From: an uncultured Elusimicrobia bacterium
Lineage (GTDB): Bacteria > Elusimicrobiota > Elusimicrobia > 2-02-FULL-39-32
Direction: 5' to 3'
NCBI GenBank assembly: GCA_964523525.1
Contig: CAZFYO010000003.1
Span: forward strand, 164,147-228,146
DNA length: 64,000 nt
Text below: more model-generated notes on this DNA
Told to the model about the DNA's origin: nothing
The model's database searches: none
The model's input: the letters and a program-made list of their open reading frames with translations, nothing else
DNA letters: not shown here
How positions within the stretch are numbered: position 1 is the stretch's first letter

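Noticed and set aside
40044-62804. Nine long minus-strand ORFs in the track (40044-41867, 43332-45725, 45786-47558, 47640-49478, 49689-51167, 51327-53051, 54132-55496, 58104-61322 at 1072 aa, 61392-62804), plus many shorter minus-strand ORFs between 28 and 40 kb.
   Set aside because: Their translations are Arg/Gly/Asp-rich and low-complexity with no domains. They are exactly antisense to a continuous, coherent, repeat-structured plus-strand frame with proper GC3 bias. This is the classic shadow-ORF artefact of a high-GC gene.
28065-64000. Considered RTX/T1SS adhesin (calcium-binding GGxGxD nonapeptides), cadherin, VCBS or Big_2 assignment for the giant protein repeats.
   Set aside because: No GGxGxDxUx nonapeptide runs, and no clear match to the cadherin DxNDN / LDRE or Big_2 motifs by eye. 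The assignment is left generic as Ig/FN3-like pending HMM analysis.
1-64000. Looked for CRISPR arrays, tRNA/rRNA genes, IS elements, integrases, and long DNA-level direct or inverted repeats.
   Set aside because: None found. The only notable DNA-level repeats are the short regulatory-type palindromes and direct repeats listed under features. The repeats of the giant gene are diverged at the nucleotide level.

Overview
High-GC (~63%) bacterial chromosomal window, probably from an uncultivated lineage. The first 27 kb holds ordinary housekeeping genes: partial acetate kinase, a fused membrane/spermidine-synthase-like protein, an ABC-2 exporter (two permeases plus ATPase), alanine dehydrogenase, a 4-OT-like tautomerase, a HAMP-GGDEF diguanylate cyclase, an archaeal-type glycogen-debranching enzyme, sucCD, hemL, a DUF1015 protein, and a PabB/TrpE-like chorismate-binding enzyme. 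A secreted 974-aa protein built from ~10 long YD-type repeats sits in the middle of this stretch. The striking part is the last 41 kb. Two tandem, paralogous TMTC/PMT-like GT-C glycosyltransferases carrying C-terminal TPR arrays are followed by a sigma70-like promoter with two upstream TGATA palindromes and a ~220-nt structured leader. That leader carries c-di-GMP-I (GEMM) riboswitch-like motifs and an intrinsic terminator abutting the next ATG. Then comes a small secreted protein and a single giant open reading frame. The giant ORF starts at 28065 with a Sec signal peptide and runs without a stop to the window end, giving at least 11,978 aa and still open. It comprises ~60 tandem ~125-aa Ig/FN3-like repeats with the motifs [ILV]SGTAxD, [YW]W[ND]G[ST] and RAxDxAGN. 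These are followed by ~22 different ~130-aa 'LLPGET' repeats and a further distinct C-terminal region. All long minus-strand ORFs between 28 and 64 kb in the track are antisense artefacts of this gene. No rRNA, tRNA, CRISPR or mobile elements were seen.
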